A stretch of DNA of 64,000 nucleotides from a virus (Duplodnaviria > Caudoviricetes): the IMG/VR virus record IMGVR_UViG_3300025867_000005; one strand, given 5' to 3'. The notes under the pieces were generated by a model that ran no database searches, was not told the origin of the DNA, and saw only the letters and a list, made by a program, of their open reading frames with translations. Of the stretch, positions 16,940 through 26,796 are shown one piece after another. Position 1 is the stretch's first letter. Each line of letters opens with the position of its first letter. Both the position numbers and the translations under genes were made by a program.

Positions 16940-19792
16940 ATGTCAAGAATCACAATAGACCCTTCTGACCGCATGCTTGCAGTTTACGATAGTTATGAAG
17001 ATAAAGAAAGATGCCAGACCGCCGGATGCTTCTGGGACGGACTATCTAAAACATGGAAAATGTCTTTTACAATCTCCACTTTCGAAAGGCTGATTGAAAA
17101 TCTTCCGCATGCCGATATCGACCCCTGCGTTCCTTTGGCCTTGGAAGAACAGGCAGAAAAGGAAAAGAAGCTCAAGGAAATCCGCGAGTTGGCAAAAAAC
17201 AACCAAAATGTCAATTTCAGGGTTCCAGGACTCAAAGTCACTCCGTTCCCGTTTCAGAAACTAGGTATTCTCTATGCTGTTACCAACCAACAGGGAATGC
17301 TTATCGGGGATTCTATGGGACTCGGAAAGGGCTTAACCGTTGATAGTCAAGTACTTAGCCTAGCTGGTAAAGTTAGAATCGGAGACCTGAAAGTAGGTGA
17401 TAAGGTAGTCGGTAGAGACGGAGAAGAACATAATGTCACCGGGGTATATCCTAAACCGATGCAAGATGTTTATCGTGTTACTTTCAATGATGGATTCTCA
17501 CTTGATGTTGATTACGACCATTTATGGTATGTTGAATCAGCAAGTCAAAAGAAAACGAAATCGGGAAACGGTATCGTTTTGTCTATGTCTCAGCTTTTAG
17601 ACAAGAATGGCGTCGCTACCAGACAGGGAGTGGGACACAACAGCGACAAGGTTTATGAATTCAACACCTACTATAAAAAAGACAACGGGAATAATTCCTG
17701 GAGTATTCCTATCGTTTCTCCTGTTAACTTCCCTTGGAAAACTATTCAAATTGATCCTTATCTTCTAGGGGTTTTTTTGGGAGATGGATATATTTCAAAA
17801 GAAGGGGATGTTAGAATAGAGAAATTGTTTCCGGATTTAGTAGAAATGATCCCGTATAAAGAAATTAAACACGTACATGGAAGGCCGAAAGTCGGAGGAT
17901 GCTCTTTCTACAATTACAAGAAGGAACTGATTGAACTCGGTCTTAACGGGAAACGGTCTTGGGAGAAGTTTATACCAAGATGTTACAAATACAATAGCGT
18001 TGATGTAAGGCTGGGGTTGCTGCAAGGCCTTATGGATACCGATGGATGTGCAGGAGACTGTTCTACAGAGTACTGTACGGTTTCTAAGACCCTCTGTGAT
18101 GACGTTGTGGAAATCGTACAGACATTGGGAGGGATAGCAAGAATCAGTACCAAAACGCCGACATACACTTACAAGGGGGTAAAGAAGACTGGAAGGACGG
18201 CTTATCGGGTAAACATCAAACTTCCTCCTGAGATGGAACTCTTCCGTTTGAAGAGGAAAAAGGAAGTATATGACAAGTATGATAAATATTTACCAGCGCG
18301 TTACATTTCAAATATTGAGAAACTGCCCGAGAAGCAAGAGACCGTTTGTATCGCTGTAGACGCTCCTGATCATCTGTATGTCACAGAACACTGTATCGTC
18401 ACCCATAACACGATTCAGGGAATAGCGACGGCGATAGCCTTGAAGAATCAGGGCAAGATAAAGAATTGCCTTGTCATTACACCGGCAAGCTTGAAATTCA
18501 ACTGGCCTCTGGAAATAGAAAAATTCAGCAATGAAAAGTGCGTTGTCATTAACGGGAAGAAACCAGAGGACAGAATCAGCCAATGGTTTGATGACAGCGC
18601 TTTCTTCAAAATCGCGAATTATGAACTGGTAGTGGAAGATCTTGGGGCTGGGCGCGAAATCAAGATCAAGAAGTCCATGACGGCAGAGGAACAAGAAAAG
18701 GCAATGCTTCGCAAACTCCACAAACTCGTCAAACAGAAACGTTTGGAAAGCATTAAAGACAGGGTTTGGGATCTTGTTATTATGGACGAGGTGCACAGTT
18801 TGAAGCACAACGGCAGTAAGAGATATCAGGCTTTGAAGAACCTCAAAGCAAGGATTAAAATAGGTCTTTCGGGGACCCCGATGGACGGCAGGCTTGAAGA
18901 ATTGTTCAACGTCTTGAATGTCATATGTCCAGGAGTCTTAGGATCGAGAGAAATTTTCTTTAAAGACCATATGGTTACGGACATCTTCGGGACCGTAAAA
19001 GGGTATAAGAAACTTCAGGAAGTACAGGAAAAAATCGCCCCGTTCTTTATCCGTAGGTTGAAAAAAGACGTGCTGAAGGATTTGCCGGAAAAGCTGTATG
19101 AGAACAAGGTCATTTCTTTGTCTGATGAAGAAATGAAAATCTACAAGATGATTAAGGCGGGTAAACATCCTTGTGTCATCGACAAGGATGGACAACCGTG
19201 TTCTGCTATGGTAAGGGCGATCCGTTGTATGCAATTCGTCAACTTCCCGCAAATGCTTGAACCGAATTGCAAGAAGACGACGAAGCTGGATGTTTTCAGA
19301 GAAATCATAGAAGAGATTATTAAAGATAACGGACAGAAGATCATCATTTTTACTCAATTCAAGAAACTCTTGGATATTGTTGATAAAATCATGAAAGAAA
19401 TGAATTTGAAATTCCTCAGGATTGACGGAGACACAGACAAGAAGATACGCGCTGATTACCAGAAGATATTCAACGAAGACATGAGTGTTGATGCCATAAT
19501 CGGAACCGATGCTATGTCAACAGGACTTAACCTCATAGGTGGAGATACGGTTTTAAATCTGACACAGTGCTGGCAACCTGCTATTATGTCTCAAAGAGAA
19601 GACCGGAGTTATAGAATCGGAAGAAAGGGAAATGTCACGGTATTGAATTTCCTTTGCAAAGATACTATAGAAGAAAAGATCAGAAGCGCATTGTATTCAA
19701 AAGACAAAATCACTTCTGATACCTTGGGTGACGGAACCGATGAAGCGGTTCTTCTGAAGATGAGTCCGGAAGAAATCGAAAAGCTCATGTAG
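16940..19792 (+). CDS. SNF2-family helicase containing an intein
   Basis: GDSMGLGK/T Walker A, PASL, DEVH, LSGTP, RRLKKDV, RIDG, GLNL and QREDRSYRIG motifs. Confidence 0.92.
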   Translation: MSRITIDPSDRMLAVYDSYEDKERCQTAGCFWDGLSKTWKMSFTISTFERLIENLPHADIDPCVPLALEEQAEKEKKLKEIRELAKNNQNVNFRVPGLKVTPFPFQKLGILYAVTNQQGMLIGDSMGLGKGLTVDSQVLSLAGKVRIGDLKVGDKVVGRDGEEHNVTGVYPKPMQDVYRVTFNDGFSLDVDYDHLWYVESASQKKTKSGNGIVLSMSQLLDKNGVATRQGVGHNSDKVYEFNTYYKKDNGNNSWSIPIVSPVNFPWKTIQIDPYLLGVFLGDGYISKEGDVRIEKLFPDLVEMIPYKEIKHVHGRPKVGGCSFYNYKKELIELGLNGKRSWEKFIPRCYKYNSVDVRLGLLQGLMDTDGCAGDCSTEYCTVSKTLCDDVVEIVQTLGGIARISTKTPTYTYKGVKKTGRTAYRVNIKLPPEMELFRLKRKKEVYDKYDKYLPARYISNIEKLPEKQETVCIAVDAPDHLYVTEHCIVTHNTIQGIATAIALKNQGKIKNCLVITPASLKFNWPLEIEKFSNEKCVVINGKKPEDRISQWFDDSAFFKIANYELVVEDLGAGREIKIKKSMTAEEQEKAMLRKLHKLVKQKRLESIKDRVWDLVIMDEVHSLKHNGSKRYQALKNLKARIKIGLSGTPMDGRLEELFNVLNVICPGVLGSREIFFKDHMVTDIFGTVKGYKKLQEVQEKIAPFFIRRLKKDVLKDLPEKLYENKVISLSDEEMKIYKMIKAGKHPCVIDKDGQPCSAMVRAIRCMQFVNFPQMLEPNCKKTTKLDVFREIIEEIIKDNGQKIIIFTQFKKLLDIVDKIMKEMNLKFLRIDGDTDKKIRADYQKIFNEDMSVDAIIGTDAMSTGLNLIGGDTVLNLTQCWQPAIMSQREDRSYRIGRKGNVTVLNFLCKDTIEEKIRSALYSKDKITSDTLGDGTDEAVLLKMSPEEIEKLM
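17330..18409 (+). mobile_element. class 3-type intein (Gly1, W-C-T triplet) with LAGLIDADG homing endonuclease
   Basis: Interrupts GLGK|T; block B DHLW, block F VCIAVD, ends VTHN|T; LLGVFLGDG and LLQGLMDTDG motifs. Confidence 0.88.
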
Positions 19793-19800
19793 GAAGGTTT

Positions 19801-20001
19801 ATGAAAAAGAGTATTCTTAAAATCAATGAATTGATACAAGGCTTAGAAGCAAAGAAAGCAATAATTCAGGAACGGTGCAAACACGTCAATGTTAGGATCG
19901 AACATTGCGGAGATACTGGGAATTACGATCCATCGGAAGACAGATATTGGAGAACAATGTCTTGTCCTGATTGTGGAAAATATTGGGAAGAAGATGAATA
20001 G
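19801..20001 (+). CDS. small Cys/His (zinc-binding) hypothetical protein
   Basis: CKH...CPDCG motif; RBS present. Confidence 0.6.
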   Translation: MKKSILKINELIQGLEAKKAIIQERCKHVNVRIEHCGDTGNYDPSEDRYWRTMSCPDCGKYWEEDE

Positions 20002-20023
20002 CCTATTAACAAAGGAATCATGA

Positions 20024-20284
20024 ATGTTTAAAAATGACATGGTAGAAGAGAAAAGTTGGGAAGAATTCAGAAAGTCAAAAATGCTTTGGTTCACGAATCG
20101 CTTGATTCACGTTTTCGGATGGGCGATTGTCATTGAAGATTTGGAAGCAGGCGGTTCAAGGGCGTTTCCTGCCAGAGTAAAATTCAGGGGGTTTTCTGAA
20201 AAGGTAGAAGATGAAGGTTTCATCGGAATTTCACAATACATGAAAGACAACGCGGAAGAACTTTTAAAGGAGTCAAAGGAATGA
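20024..20284 (+). CDS. hypothetical phage protein
   Basis: RBS present; coupled to next gene. Confidence 0.6.
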   Translation: MFKNDMVEEKSWEEFRKSKMLWFTNRLIHVFGWAIVIEDLEAGGSRAFPARVKFRGFSEKVEDEGFIGISQYMKDNAEELLKESKE

Positions 20285-20805
20285 GAGTGATAACAGCAGT
20301 AGAACAATACGAAAAGAAACCGGGAGACATTTCGATTTTTCTTGCCGGAGGCATTCAGAACACAAAGGAATGGCAGAAAGAAGTCATTGCAAGCCTTCAG
20401 AAAAAGTTTGACAGCATAGACCAGGTTGTTGTTTTCAATCCTCGGCGTGAAAATTTTCCTATTCATGATCCGAATGCCGCACAGGAACAAATCACTTGGG
20501 AATATAGAATGCTGGAAACGGCAGATATCTTTTCCATGTATTTTGCCGGAGGCACAAGTGATCAACCTATTTGCATGTACGAACTTGGCAAACACCTTGA
20601 AAGGCGTTCAAGGAACAATGATTTAGACAGGGTTATTGTCTCTTCTGAACCGGATTACAAAAGGGTTCAGGATGTTAAAATTCAGACGCGCCTAGTCTAT
20701 CCTAAGATGGTCATCGGAGATTCTCTTGAAGATCATATCGAAAGCATAATTTCTGTGATCCGTTGGCAATTGATATTGCAAAACAAAAAGGATGGTAATC
20801 AATAA
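20281..20805 (+). CDS. nucleoside 2-deoxyribosyltransferase-like protein
   Basis: IFLAGGI..WQ..VFNPRR..QITWEY..LE.AD..ELG signature. Confidence 0.8.
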   Translation: MRVITAVEQYEKKPGDISIFLAGGIQNTKEWQKEVIASLQKKFDSIDQVVVFNPRRENFPIHDPNAAQEQITWEYRMLETADIFSMYFAGGTSDQPICMYELGKHLERRSRNNDLDRVIVSSEPDYKRVQDVKIQTRLVYPKMVIGDSLEDHIESIISVIRWQLILQNKKDGNQ

Positions 20806-22334
20806 TGGGTGTATTCGACAGTGGAGTAGAACTTGAACGGACGGTATTGAAAAGTCTTTTGACAGACGAATCTTGTTGTCAGATCAACACGACAAAGCTG
20901 AAGGAAGATTATTTCAGCTCAGAAGCCAGACGGTTCATTTTCAATGAAATCAATCGTGAATTGCTCCAGAACAATTGTGCGTTATCAGAGCAGGTGCTGG
21001 AAAACATCATCACTTTGCAACACAGTGATGAATATGTCACATTCATGGGTGAAAAGAATTTGGTCATCAATTCCAAGCCGACCAAAAACATCAATTCGGT
21101 TATCCGGTTGCTTCATGAAATGTGGGTGGGTAGAGAGACAAATGCTTGTTTGGAATCCGTAGCAGAACTTATAGGAAGCGGCCATTTTGTGGATGCCGCG
21201 AAATTGTTCCGTCAAAAGGCTTTCACAATCCAGATTGAACAGAACATCAAAAAGACCAAGGAATTTTTCTCTTCAATCAAAGAACGTATTTCAAGAGTGA
21301 GAGACAAGAGAGATAACCCTGAAAAATACAGGGGTCTAAAAACAGGCTTTGCCACATTCGACTTACAGACCGGAGGCTTGTTTCCTGGTGAAATGACCTT
21401 GCTTGCTGGTGTAACTGGTTTGGGTAAATCAACAATTCTGAAACAGATGGAATACGGTTTGCTGATTAACAATCCAGGTAAGAACGTTCTGCATATCGCA
21501 AACGAAGAGTATGAAGAACAGGTAGATTCAAAATTCGACTCCGTGTTTACAGGGATTGATTACCATAGTTTCAAATTCGCAAGGAAAGAAGATGTTCCAG
21601 AAGAAGTACTTAAAAGCTGGGAGATACACATCGAAAAGATTGCAAAACAGTGCAAAGGCAAGCTTTATACAAAGGAAGTCCCTGCGTTTTCAGATGTCAG
21701 CATTATCAGAAGGGCAGTCCATGAACTAAAGGCACAGGGAATAGAAATCCATGCCATTTTCATTGACCATCTTCCCAACATGAAACCGGTACAACCGGCA
21801 TACGGTGAGAACAATGAGAGAGAGAAGTGCGCGGCAGAATGTAAGGAATTGGCAAGGGAATTGCAGGTTCCTGTTGTCGTCCCTACTCAGGCGGCGACAG
21901 TCGTTGAAGAAAAACAGAACAAAGGCAAGAGGGCAAGCAAATTGGACGTTTACGGTTCAAAAGCACAGATTCACCATGCCAATACGTTTTTCATTATTAC
22001 ATTCCTTGGAAAGGATGCGAAGACAATAAGAAGTGATGGAAGTCCTGAAACTCTTGATTATCTTCGGGATGTGTTTATCCTATGTGACGTTAAGAAGAAC
22101 CGTGACGGAGCTTGTTTCACCTTTAAGCTCAGGCACCACGTAAGAAACGGAAGGATGGAAGAAATAGAAATCAGCCCTGAAATCAAGAAACGCTTTGAAG
22201 AAGAAATGGCGGCAGCACTTAAATCAGGAGATTTCTCTACTTCTGTCGTTGATGAAGAAGCGCCGAAAAAGGATTCCGCAAAGGGAATTACGGTGTTGGA
22301 ACAAGATGAATCAGAGCATGGTGAAGGATTCTAA
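20805..22334 (+). CDS. dnaB: replicative DNA helicase (DnaB-like)
   Basis: GLKTGF..D..TGGL.PGE, Walker A GVTGLGKS, NEE, IFIDH, ELARELQVPVV.PTQ, KKNRDG. Confidence 0.9.
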   Translation: MGVFDSGVELERTVLKSLLTDESCCQINTTKLKEDYFSSEARRFIFNEINRELLQNNCALSEQVLENIITLQHSDEYVTFMGEKNLVINSKPTKNINSVIRLLHEMWVGRETNACLESVAELIGSGHFVDAAKLFRQKAFTIQIEQNIKKTKEFFSSIKERISRVRDKRDNPEKYRGLKTGFATFDLQTGGLFPGEMTLLAGVTGLGKSTILKQMEYGLLINNPGKNVLHIANEEYEEQVDSKFDSVFTGIDYHSFKFARKEDVPEEVLKSWEIHIEKIAKQCKGKLYTKEVPAFSDVSIIRRAVHELKAQGIEIHAIFIDHLPNMKPVQPAYGENNEREKCAAECKELARELQVPVVVPTQAATVVEEKQNKGKRASKLDVYGSKAQIHHANTFFIITFLGKDAKTIRSDGSPETLDYLRDVFILCDVKKNRDGACFTFKLRHHVRNGRMEEIEISPEIKKRFEEEMAAALKSGDFSTSVVDEEAPKKDSAKGITVLEQDESEHGEGF

Positions 22335-22383
22335 ACAAGAATCTATTAATGACTGATGAACGGAAAAACAGAAAGGGAATAAA

Positions 22384-23328
22384 ATGTCAGAACACAAGCT
22401 ATTGACTCAACAGGAAACCGGAACGAAATTTGAAGGAACGTACTTTGTTTCTGCGGTTTCAATCAAGAAGACTGTCACTAAGAAAGACTATACAGAAATT
22501 ACTCTTCGTGACAAGAGTGGTGCAGTTTTCGCCAAACAGTGGGAAAACAACCAGAATGTCAAAAAGGGTGACTTTGTAGAAGCGGCAATTAGCGTTGAAG
22601 ATTACAAGGGGGCACCTTCGTATATCATTAACGAAATAAAGACCACGAATCCGCCTTTGGATATGACTGATTACTTGCCTTGTGTGGAAAACATTGAAGA
22701 AGAATTTTCGACATTCAAATCATACCTTTCGATTGTGAAGTCGATGGCTGAAGATTTGGAATCTGGAATTGAAGACGTGCTTTCCGGTGTCTTTTCAGAG
22801 GCTATTCTTCGTGCATTGAAGCGTTCCCCGTCTAGTCTCGGTGTGTTCTACGGCAAGTCTGGAAGCGCGATACAGAATTCAAACAGGCTTTACAAGATCG
22901 CGAGTTCTTTGGTAGAGACTTACGGACTGAAAGATGATGAGAAGCTAGTTCTTCTTTCAAGTTGTCTATTGTCAAGAGTCCCATGTGTGGATTGTTATGT
23001 CATGCAGGATTGCGCCCCAGAAGAGACGAAGACAGCGCGGCTTATCAATTTCAGGACCTTGATGCAGATGCGTATGTTCGAGGCGTGGAAGGGTCTTAAA
23101 TCTTCTCCGAACCGCGAATGGCTATTCCGTATCATGCACGTTCTCGGATGCAGTGAAAACGATCTAAAGCCCTGTACAAGGGAAGCGATTGTGTTCTCGA
23201 AGATTCTTGAAATCGACAACGCGATTAGTGAAAGCTTTGATTACATCGAACGTGAAGAATGTTGGGAAAACGGGTTCACTACTTATGACGTGAAAAATGG
23301 ACGCCGTTACTATGTTTCAGAAAAGTGA
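22384..23328 (+). CDS. OB-fold + degenerate HD-domain protein (YhaM/Cbf1-like)
   Basis: N-terminal OB fold (LRDKSG...AKQW); HD-region architecture including P.TREA, but LLSR where LLHD is expected. Confidence 0.6.
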   Translation: MSEHKLLTQQETGTKFEGTYFVSAVSIKKTVTKKDYTEITLRDKSGAVFAKQWENNQNVKKGDFVEAAISVEDYKGAPSYIINEIKTTNPPLDMTDYLPCVENIEEEFSTFKSYLSIVKSMAEDLESGIEDVLSGVFSEAILRALKRSPSSLGVFYGKSGSAIQNSNRLYKIASSLVETYGLKDDEKLVLLSSCLLSRVPCVDCYVMQDCAPEETKTARLINFRTLMQMRMFEAWKGLKSSPNREWLFRIMHVLGCSENDLKPCTREAIVFSKILEIDNAISESFDYIEREECWENGFTTYDVKNGRRYYVSEK

Positions 23329-24430
23329 AGAAAAGTCACAGGCATGGGAAAGATATCGGGATATCAAGTGGTTGATGGAAATCATAGATCTACCGACTTG
23401 TCTTGACCGCCTTAATATAGAAATGACGAAAACCTCTGGCTTGGAATGGGAAGGGTTTTGCCCTGATCATTTCTTGTTTAAGGGGTGTGCCCCTTCTGAT
23501 CCTAAATGGTATATCAATACCATTACCGGTGAAACATGTTGTCAGACAGAAGGAAGAGGCAGCAACATCCTATTCGTTTCAGCAAGGCTTTTGAAGTCCC
23601 CCAACAATTCTAAAATTTCTGAAGCCGATTGCGAACGTGCCGTTTCTTTCCTTGCCGGACGTGATATCAGCGAAAATGATATTTCTTTCCTAAAGACACA
23701 AAGCCTGTTGAAAAGAATAAACGGGCAAGGCAAGAAGGCAATAAGCAAAGAACAGACTTATGTTGAAGAAGTCGAAAGATATATGAAGTCCGGTTATCTT
23801 TCAAACCGCGCGATAAACTATTTCCTTTCCCCAGTAGGTAAGCCGAAAACAGATATCAGAAGGGAAACGCTTAAACACTATAACGTTTTTGAACGGACAA
23901 CAGGGAAGTATGTTAATCGGGCCACCGTACCTATTATCATGCGTGGGAAAGTAGAAGGGTTCGTGGCGATTGATATCTTGGGAAAAGAAGAATGGATGAA
24001 ACAGCATCCGACACTTGAAGAACGGGAATACAGAAAGACGATTTATCCAGGCCAAAAAGCCGGGTTTTCAAAGAAGGATGTTTTGTTCGGATATGATGAT
24101 TGCAAGAAGAATGCTGATTACATAATTCTGACAGAAGGTGCCAGAGAGGTCATGAAGCTTTGGCAAGAGGGATATTCTGATAGTCTTGCGATTCTCGGTG
24201 CGTACATGAATGATGAACAGATACTTCTGCTAACAGAACTTGCACCTTCAAAAGTCATCCTTATGTTCGACGGAGATATCGCTGGAAGGAAAATCGCGAA
24301 GACGGTAAAAGAAAAACTTGAAAAACTGTTTCCTGTTTCTATCGTATGTCTTCCAGACGGCGTAGACCCGAAACAATTAGACCACAATCAGATCAAAGGA
24401 TATTTAGAATGTGCGGAAACCCAGATATAG
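23297..24430 (+). CDS. dnaG: DNA primase (DnaG-like)
   Basis: N-terminal CPDH..C zinc-finger variant; TOPRIM motifs ILTEG, FDGDIAG, PDGVDP. Confidence 0.88.
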   Translation: MDAVTMFQKSEEKSQAWERYRDIKWLMEIIDLPTCLDRLNIEMTKTSGLEWEGFCPDHFLFKGCAPSDPKWYINTITGETCCQTEGRGSNILFVSARLLKSPNNSKISEADCERAVSFLAGRDISENDISFLKTQSLLKRINGQGKKAISKEQTYVEEVERYMKSGYLSNRAINYFLSPVGKPKTDIRRETLKHYNVFERTTGKYVNRATVPIIMRGKVEGFVAIDILGKEEWMKQHPTLEEREYRKTIYPGQKAGFSKKDVLFGYDDCKKNADYIILTEGAREVMKLWQEGYSDSLAILGAYMNDEQILLLTELAPSKVILMFDGDIAGRKIAKTVKEKLEKLFPVSIVCLPDGVDPKQLDHNQIKGYLECAETQI

Positions 24431-24651
24431 ATGAAATCAAGGAATTGTTAGAGCTTATTGAACAGCATCGGGTTCACGCCTTGCTGATGCCAGAAGACGG
24501 AATAAGGATAACATATTGTTACCCGAAAGGAACTGTCAGCTTCACAAACGACATGAATGAAATCCGTATCAAGACGGGAGATTACGTTTCTGTGTTCAGT
24601 AATCCATTGTCTATTCAACAAATCAAGAAGATGATAGAAAGCCTAAAATGA
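24409..24651 (+). CDS. hypothetical protein
   Basis: Bridges primase and helicase genes with overlaps; AAAGGA RBS. Confidence 0.5.
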   Translation: MCGNPDIDEIKELLELIEQHRVHALLMPEDGIRITYCYPKGTVSFTNDMNEIRIKTGDYVSVFSNPLSIQQIKKMIESLK

Positions 24652-25517
24652 AGACTTCTGATTTTCCTTATCTTCAATTCCCGTTCTATGAATTTAATCC
24701 GGTCCAATCCAAAGTGATACCTTTGATCGAAAAGGATGGCAACCTCATTGTCTCTTTTAAGCCAGGAACCGGTAAGACAGTAATTGCTGAAGCGTGTTTT
24801 GCCTACCATCTGAATACAAGTGATAAGAAAGTAGCCTATATATGTCCTTTTAGAGCCTTGGCGAATCAGAAATTCGAATCATGGAAAGAAAAATTCCACG
24901 GATACGGGATTAAAGTAATTTCCGGAGATTCAGATACTTCGATAAGAGACGTTGGAGAAAAAGACAGGATTCTCATTTTCACCACAGAAAGCTTCGACAT
25001 GCAGGTTAAAGATTGTCATGAATATTCTTGCATCTGCTTTGATGAAGGTCATCTTGTGGGAGATCCTGAAAGAGGTAAGAGCTATGAGAGCGCAGTGATC
25101 AAAGCCGCTGAAGCATCAAGGATCATTTTGCTTTCAGGAACATTGTCAAACGCTAAAGATTTGGCGAAATGGATTAAAACAGTTTCCGGCAAGCCTACTT
25201 ATTGTTGTGAAAGCAAATGGACTCCTAACAAATTTGATGTCAGATACCACTATGTTGAAAGATATAAGGAAATTGAAACAGCCGTTAAGCTTGTTAGGGA
25301 ATACAAAAACACTAAGACGATCATTTTTGTACATTCAAAACTAGTCGGTAAATCAGTTATGGATGAATTGAAAAAGAGTAAAATCAGGGCTGTTTTCCAT
25401 AATTCCACACTCCCAGAAGGCAAACGGAAGCGGTATGAAGATTTATTCGAAAATATCTATAGCGGGATAGACGTGATCGTTGCGACATCTACACTTGCGG
25501 CGGGCGTCAATTTGTGA
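24648..25517 (+). CDS. Ski2/Hel308-like SF2 helicase, N-terminal part (motifs Q to V)
   Basis: FNPVQ, PGTGKT, PFRALANQK, DEGH, LSGT, IFVHS, FHNS; ends ATSTLAAGVNL-stop. Confidence 0.88.
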   Translation: MKTSDFPYLQFPFYEFNPVQSKVIPLIEKDGNLIVSFKPGTGKTVIAEACFAYHLNTSDKKVAYICPFRALANQKFESWKEKFHGYGIKVISGDSDTSIRDVGEKDRILIFTTESFDMQVKDCHEYSCICFDEGHLVGDPERGKSYESAVIKAAEASRIILLSGTLSNAKDLAKWIKTVSGKPTYCCESKWTPNKFDVRYHYVERYKEIETAVKLVREYKNTKTIIFVHSKLVGKSVMDELKKSKIRAVFHNSTLPEGKRKRYEDLFENIYSGIDVIVATSTLAAGVNL

Positions 25518-25588
25518 ATTGATTTTATCCGGGAAATGGTTTCTCGGGTTTCAGAAACGTGTATAACACTAGCGAAAGGAAGAAAGAA

Positions 25589-25816
25589 ATGTTTACGAAA
25601 TATGAGTTGGTCGGGTTCAATGAACAAGGTAAGGAAAATTTCCCGGACATCGCGGATTCGGTTTTCTTGTTTGTCGCCAATATCCCCAACAATGAAAGCT
25701 ACTGTATTGTAAAGGGATTCAGGGGAAAGTATACGCTTGGAAATGAATTCGTTGAACTTTCTTCAGATTTGAGAAAGCTGACTACGGAAGAGATCGAAAA
25801 TTGGTTTTCTGAATAA
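25589..25816 (+). CDS. hypothetical protein
   Basis: AAGGA RBS; lies between the helicase halves. Confidence 0.55.
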   Translation: MFTKYELVGFNEQGKENFPDIADSVFLFVANIPNNESYCIVKGFRGKYTLGNEFVELSSDLRKLTTEEIENWFSE

Positions 25817-25863
25817 CTGGGAGGGCTTAACAGCCCTTCATGAATTTTAACAAGGTATAAGAT

Positions 25864-26208
25864 ATGAGAACAATTATCGCTGGAAGCAGAGACTGCAAGG
25901 ATTACAGCAAAGTGATTCAGGCTATCAAGGAATGTGGATGGAAACCTACTGTTGTTATATCCGGAACAGCTTCTGGAGGAGATAGACTAGGAGAACTTTG
26001 GGCAAGGAATAACGGAATCAAGATTGAACAGCATCCTGCGGATTGGGACAAATACGGAAGAAAGAGAGCCGGATATATCAGGAATGTAGAAATGGCTGAG
26101 GTCGCGGAAGCACTTATCGCACTATGGAACGGTCAAAGCGCAGGAACGAAAGATATGATTGAAATAGCCAAAAAAAAGGGTCTAAAAATCTTTGTATTGA
26201 TGGTGTAA
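25864..26208 (+). CDS. SLOG/YspA (DUF2493)-like protein
   Basis: IIAGSR, VISG.A.G.D.LGE.WA, ADW.KYG..AG..RN..MA, S.GT..MI. Confidence 0.85.
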   Translation: MRTIIAGSRDCKDYSKVIQAIKECGWKPTVVISGTASGGDRLGELWARNNGIKIEQHPADWDKYGRKRAGYIRNVEMAEVAEALIALWNGQSAGTKDMIEIAKKKGLKIFVLMV

Positions 26209-26211
26209 TGA

Positions 26212-26796
26212 ATGACAATCGAAGAATTAAAAGCAGAATGTGAAAGTTGTAGGTCTTGCGAAATAGGAGGCCAGACTCTAAACGAGCATACTTGTACTGT
26301 TTTGTCTAATCTCAATTCCGCTGCAAAGATCATGGTAGTAGGGCAGAATCCTGGATTTGAAGAAGTCCTCAGGGCAACACCTTTTGTCGGCATTTCCGGA
26401 AAGATATTCGACAAGGCACTTTCAGAGAATACAAGTCTTACAAGGGATGATTTGTATATCTGTAATGCCGTTTGCTGCTTTACTCCAGGGAACAGGAAAC
26501 CGACAGGGGCTGAATTTAAGAATTGTTCCGTTTGGCTTAGAAGACAGATTAAGGAGATAAACCCGATTGTCATAGTAACGCTAGGAGGTGTCGCCTTAAA
26601 GGCGCTGACAGGACGCACAAAGATATCGGAAGCACACGGGAAGCTTATTAGAAGTGAAATTTACGATGTTGATGTCTATCCTATCCTTCATCCTTCCCCT
26701 TTGAACACAAATAGACCTGACAAAAAGAAAGAATTTGTTTCTGATATGATCGGTCTACAGAAAGTCTTGGAAAGTAAAAAATGGCAGAACACGTAA
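26212..26796 (+). CDS. uracil-DNA glycosylase, family 4
   Basis: C-x2-C at N-terminus, VGQNPG..E, PFVG.SG, NAVCC..PGNRKP, HPSP. Confidence 0.9.
   Translation: MTIEELKAECESCRSCEIGGQTLNEHTCTVLSNLNSAAKIMVVGQNPGFEEVLRATPFVGISGKIFDKALSENTSLTRDDLYICNAVCCFTPGNRKPTGAEFKNCSVWLRRQIKEINPIVIVTLGGVALKALTGRTKISEAHGKLIRSEIYDVDVYPILHPSPLNTNRPDKKKEFVSDMIGLQKVLESKKWQNT

Noticed and set aside
26171-26178. A8 run in the SLOG gene as a second slippage site
   Set aside because: It encodes a normal Lys-rich end of this family, and no meaningful alternative-frame extension was evident.
25518-26780. Self-splicing intron rejoining the helicase halves
   Set aside because: The gap is almost entirely protein-coding, with no room for a ribozyme core and no group I/II boundary that restores NLPA.
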